Source of the DNA: Macrostomum lignano
Lineage: Eukaryota
Direction: 5' to 3'
Assembly: GCA_002269645.1 (NCBI GenBank)
Contig: NIVC01000255.1
Span: 434,001-498,000 of the forward strand
Length of the DNA stretch: 64,000 nt
The notes beneath the pieces were generated by a model. That model did no database searches and was not told the DNA's origin. It saw nothing but the letters and a program-made list of their open reading frames with translations. The translations under genes and the position numbers were made by a program. This document shows, piece after piece, positions 59,101 to 64,000 of this stretch. The stretch's first letter is position 1; the number at the start of each line of letters is the position of its first letter.

Positions 59101-60848
59101 GGTAAATTTCATTTCAGACAATATTCAAGATGAAAAATTCAACTATTGCTTAATTTGCTCCTTCCTTTGAACAAAGAAACTCTTCATTTAGATTTTTTTA
59201 CAATCACGGCACAAACTATTTGAATTTGCACTGTATTGCTGTCAACTCTGCATATTGCTCTTTGTCTTATTGCACTGGCAGCATTTTCGACACAAACTAT
59301 TTTGCCTTAACATTTTGCATAGCTTACTTGACATCGTACAATCTGGAATTTTCAAGCCCTAATCCGTACACCGCTACTAACTAATTGTTCGTACCCTTAA
59401 GCACGCATTCCAATCGGCGCCACTCGAACAGGACCTGATGCCCATTCACTGTGCTGCTTTGCAAGGCCGCACCGACGTGATCAATCTGCTGCTGACGCAC
59501 GACGCTTCAGTCGGCGGTGGCGCCATACTGCGCAGCCTCGGTCAGGAGTCATCAACTCATCCTCCTAGCCTGGTCTGCCTGTCTCTGACTGGTGGATTTG
59601 TCGAATGCGCCGACTGGCTGCTTGGCAAAGGATTCGATCTGAAACAAGATGAAGCTTCGCGCATGCTGTACAAGCTGGTGTCCGGGGAGCTGCAGATCGC
59701 TAGGCGCTTCCTCACTCTGGGATTCTTGCTAGACAAGTGCGGCGCCGATCCTAGCGCTCAGTTTCCACCTGACGGGGCCACCGCCTTGCACTTGGCTGCC
59801 GGACTATCGGAGGGCTCGGACATGATGCTGCTGCTGTTGGACAAGGGAGGCTGCCCGGACGCGCGAGCCGGAGACATGGCGACGCCTCTGTTCTACGCAT
59901 GCAGGTGAGCGACGCACCGACATTTGAAGCAAGATCTGAAAGTTGCAGTATCTTAGAAATAAAGTTCGAAGGCACAGGCCTTTCTTTCCATCATACTCAT
60001 TTCTGCTAGCTTGGTCCGAAATGAGGTCTGAGACAATTGAACAGATTTTTTATTTTTGTTTAAACTAAGAATTATTGAATCAAATGAACTTTATAGAGGT
60101 GTCATTTTAGAGACTTCTTAAGCATGCGCAGAACACGTTTAGAGGTTGCAATGTGAGTCATTATCAATATTTCGTACGTCTGCAACCGCAATTCATTAAG
60201 GTATATAATATATAGTTGCGGTACAATACAAAGTTGCGTTAACTTTGGATGTTTATTCAGTTAGTTCACATAACACTAAAAACGAGTGAAGATTGACGAT
60301 AAACCTTAAGTTTGAGAGTATGACTATATGACTATAGCAGCACAATCAGTTGACTGAATGAGGCTGACTAGGTATTCAAAAGCGGAAATGTCTCGCGGTT
60401 AAATTCAAGTGAAGTTGAAAATTTTCGCCTTTCACACTATAGAAGCGGCAACCAGCTCTCAGCCAGTTTGCTGATCGAACGCGGAGCCGACACAAAATGC
60501 CGAGCGCAGAACGGCTTAGCGGCCTTTGATCACATAACCGATTTCGACGAATGGCTCACCTGCGGATATTTTAGCGATCAGGTGTGCGCCCGAATCAGAG
60601 CCTATCAGCTAAAGCGAACTCGCGACTCAATTCGCGGCCTGCTTCGTCGAGTAAAGCCAAACTCGGCTAAGGCCTCGACTGCTGAGGTGATTGCTGCAAA
60701 CCTCAGCGTCACTCTGGCAAACGAGCTGCCTCCTCTGGTGTCTGGAAGTGGCGGCGGTGGCGGCAGGCCGCTGCTGCACCGGGCCAGAACTACAATGATG
60801 CTGCCGCCGGCTGGAACCAGACTGGCTGCCAGCGGTGTGCTCACTTGA
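50464..60848 (+). CDS. Protein with an N-terminal tandem calponin-homology (CH1-CH2) region, a helical middle part and C-terminal ankyrin repeats
   Basis: Phase-consistent exons 50464-50874 (FTAWVNLRL...DLMSGMYLRNLIESLTG...ELLWELV, CH1), 51230-51358, 51483-51620, 51730-51762, 54536-54630 (DLADTRVICALGNALFP), 54758-54839 (LDLVLETMEKIFH) and 54917-55006 (DNRAIAAYF). Approximate later exons: ~55107-55207, ~55630-55708, ~56098-56408, then ANK exons ~56634-57066, ~57370-57597, ~57727-58039, ~59430-59904 and ~60443-60848 (stop TGA). Confidence 0.8.
52151..54370. mobile_element. 2220-bp solo-LTR-like insertion in intron 4 of the CH-ANK gene
   Basis: Termini TGATGTAACC...GGTTGCATCA (TG...CA, 9/10 inverted match). 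A 4-bp direct repeat AGTC flanks it at 52147-52150 and 54371-54374. It is GC-rich relative to the intron, has an internal minus-strand TATAAAAG at ~53445, and shows no gag/pol ORF. Confidence 0.75.
58764..59023. mobile_element. 260-bp MITE of PIF/Harbinger (Tourist-like) type
   Basis: Perfect 15-bp TIR GGGCCTTTTCATATT / AATATGAAAAGGCCC, 3-bp TSD TTA on both sides (58761-58763 and 59024-59026), and subterminal inverted TTCTGGTTC(C/T) motifs. Confidence 0.85.
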
Positions 60849-62937
60849 CAGACAGAATGAGCTGCGATTTCATGTCTACTTTGCTGTGAAAACTTTTAGA
60901 ATAGCTTTGCCCTTCGATGGTATTTTTTTATTTATAACGTTCACTATTTTAACAAAAATTGCGACAGTGCATCTACGAGCTAATTTGATAGGCTGAAAAA
61001 AATAAAACGATTCAGCTTGTTTTATTCCGAACAGTTTTAAATATTAGAGTTGTACTCGTAGTTAGCATAGCACCCAGTGAAAATTTACCACAGTCTTGAT
61101 GGACGTGAAATGCTTTTCCTGCCCCCTGACTGCCTTGAATCAATCGTATATTACTCGTATTACCTCTCATATGAGAGTAGGAATGGGAGGTGGAGAAAGC
61201 GAAGACAAGTTCCAAAGGATTCTTTACTTTAGACCATAAACGATTGTGTCATATTTTTAATATAGCTTTTGTCGCGCTATGTGGAACAGGGGCATGCAAA
61301 ATGGAACGGCCTGTAGAATTCTATGGCCAGGCGTTTGATATACTCGTAAATTGAGAAAGCAAGCCAGAGACAACGAAATTTGACATGCAATATGACCCAT
61401 ACATGTAGCTGTTTCTCAGCTCACGGAACAAGTCTGCATGCTTCTACGTCAGTGGTCAGTCATCAAGCACACGAGTCAGACGAACAACCTTCTAGCGTTC
61501 CAACTGCTGTCATAAGTCATGTAAAAAAACGGGGCAAAATGTTACGAATATATTTGAGTTCTTAGCTTGGAAAAGGACGCTTTGCCAATTTTGAGCTTGC
61601 ATGGCTCCTGACTCTGACTATATTAGTTTCTGATTCTTTTATGTCTGTTTCTTCTGTTCTTGTAGTTTGAACTACACAAAAATATCAATCAAGATATAAA
61701 CAATGAAATCGCAAAAATCAAATATCAGCCCGCCCGATAGCCACGAAGTTATGTAACAACTGTAGGCTAGCAGATAAGAACAAATTGTCTTTTGATCATA
61801 TACATTCTCAGCAGGCGAGCTGTCTTGCACTTGCGTCCATCATAAAAAATGATGGCAACCCGAGGTTGAAAATTAAAACTAATTTTGCTTATACTCGGGA
61901 ATTTCGTTTCGAGAGCATGACTGTGTGTGGTTAACGTACTTAAAATATACGAGCTGGACTAAGTTTGACGCAAACTTTCATTCCTGGCTAAAAAAAACGT
62001 TGCGTGTAACAAATTTTAGAAAAAGTTGTTAAATTCATCGCGACAGTTTGTTACGAGTTTTTTTATTACTATACGAGGGTACAGATTGGAATGCTTCAAT
62101 GCTTCAAATTGAAAAACCCAACGGCATGTTTTAGACTTATTTTTGTTATAAAGGTAAGAAACGATAAATATATGTATGTAGTAGTGGGACTATCACTGTT
62201 GACATTTTTAAATTTCGTGAAAATTTTGCACGACGTACATTTCCGTGTCCCTTTTCCTGGTTTGACATCTTGGAGGACCTGTCGCCGGGGCTTTCCCTTC
62301 CCAGCTTGCACTCTGGGACTTCGCTACAAGAATTCCGTGCTACTCCGCCTGGTTTCCGGAACCCCGAGTGTGCATCCCCCTTCTGCATCAAGCATTTAAT
62401 CATTTTTGTTATTTTGTTTATTCCGCTCTTGGGACTACTGTACGTCCCACTAAAGGATTACCCACTTCCCATACTTCGAATTTGCTTAGCGGAAGAGATG
62501 GAGAGGCCAGAGAGAGAGGGAGGAGAAGTAGCGATCGATAATAGTAACGGAACTGAACAGGGGAAGAGAGAAGGCGCGCATGCGGGCCGCATCGAAAATG
62601 GGGATACGCTAGACAAAGAGAGTAATAAAACTATTTGGGTATACAACACACGCAGCCGCACTAGGCCACCCGTCAGATACCAGTGTTATCTAAAAAAAGC
62701 AACCTACTATATGGAATTTGTTAGAAAACCTAAACTTATAGCAATCCAATAAGAATGCAGTTGCAGTTTATTGCGCAACGGCCAGAAAAATTACGAATAA
62801 TTCTCGTAAATTAAAACAAGTCAGTTTGTTTGAAATAACTCACAGTGGGGGGGGGCAAAACTATATAAATAAGACACTTGAGACAGGAACGAGGCAAGAG
62901 AGAATTTAGAAGCTAGAATTAAGGAACAAATTTTACA

Positions 62938-63866
62938 ATGGACGAGATAGAATTATTCGCTGATTTTGAAGATCTATTAATCCAATTTACGTTACCAAGC
63001 CCAGGAGAAGCGGTGAACGCCCCAAGTATAGGAAACTCAGGAGAGGCGGTGAACGCCCAAGAACCCAAGAAAGAGCCGAGAGAAATGAGAGCCAAGCAAA
63101 AGGAAGAGGCGCAATCTAATAGCAATCAAACCGGCAGCCAGATCTGCACCGGTGCCGCATGAGCTGGGCGCTCGTGCCGCCTTATTGCAAGCACAGGCTA
63201 CCAAACCGGTGGTTGTGGAATCAACCATGATGAAGCGCCAGCCTGAGGTCGCAACGGCCACACAGTACATCGCTGCCAAGCGTCCCCAGACGATAGCGCC
63301 CAAGAAAGGCCGGGTCAACGTTGCATTAGCTACGGCCACCGTCAACATCACGACAGCACCCGCGGCAATCGTCGACATCACGGCAGCCGCCGTTGTAGGC
63401 AAGTGCAAACCGACGGGGTTTACACCCCGAGGACGACCGAGTTCCGACCGATCTGCGCCTTGAGCTTCGAGATAGGCGAACTGCCCCGCAGCATCCCCAG
63501 ATGATGCCGGGAGCCAATTTTTCGGCCGTGCTAGACACCGTCCCGCAGTCGCGACAGGACTACTTCAAGAGTTGTATAGGACAGTTGAAAGGCTATCTAG
63601 TGAGAGTGGCGCAACTACGGGTAGATGGCCGAGGCTTCCTACCTCAAGCTGAAGAGCCGCGAGAGCTCATCAAGACGATGAAACTGAGCTTCAACTACGA
63701 GCAATGCATTGCTGCTTGGCGCCGAGCGGTCTGTACGCGCTGCAGACGATTCACCAGTCGGGCTGGGCGTACTACCAGGCACAAGTCCGACACGAAGTGT
63801 GTTGGATGCAGGCTACAGACCTTGGCTGGCCAGGGGCAGACCATCTTCCGACAGAATTCGCTATGA
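62938..63866 (+). other. Broken or spliced ORF chain (three consecutive ORFs in different frames) ending in a Cys-rich segment; unassigned, possibly a pseudogene or TE gene
   Basis: ORFs 62938-63162, 63152-63463 and ~63399-63866 look protein-like (CTRCRR...KCVGC), but I recognise no family and see no clean introns. Confidence 0.3.
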
Positions 63867-64000
63867 ATTAGAAAAATAATTAACGTCGCATTTATAAATA
63901 CTGATTAAATAAGACTCTTATATATACTCGTGTGGTGATCCAGCATAGCTAGCATAGGCTGCTCCTGGGATCCCCCCTTAGTCAGTTAGTGCTTGGGCTG

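Overview
Intron-rich animal genomic DNA with GC-rich exons and minisatellite-filled introns. This architecture is reminiscent of the flatworm Macrostomum, but the taxon is my inference only. By hand-splicing with GT-AG and phase checks I recover eight genes. (1) A minus-strand gene whose huge exon encodes Ala-Pro-Ser repeats and runs off the left edge. (2) A secreted fibrinogen-related protein (FReP). (3, 4) Two tandem paralogous genes fusing 7-8 ankyrin repeats to a cGAS-like/Mab-21 nucleotidyltransferase (cGLR) with an intact catalytic triad; the ORF track shows these only as unlinked pieces. (5, 6) An inverted, coding-identical pair of 75/76-aa secreted peptide genes lying between the two ANK-cGLR genes. 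(7) An oversized alpha-catenin/vinculin-superfamily gene. (8) A tandem-calponin-homology plus ankyrin gene. Mobile elements are a tRNA-derived SINE, a 2.2-kb solo-LTR-like insertion with a 4-bp TSD, and a PIF/Harbinger-type MITE. The best candidate for an undescribed system is the 12.8-33 kb block, a putative innate-immune cluster of FReP, ANK-cGLR sensors and twin secreted peptides. A recurring oddity is tandem repeats made of amplified splice junctions, which could create splice isoforms. All annotations are by eye; no database searches were run.
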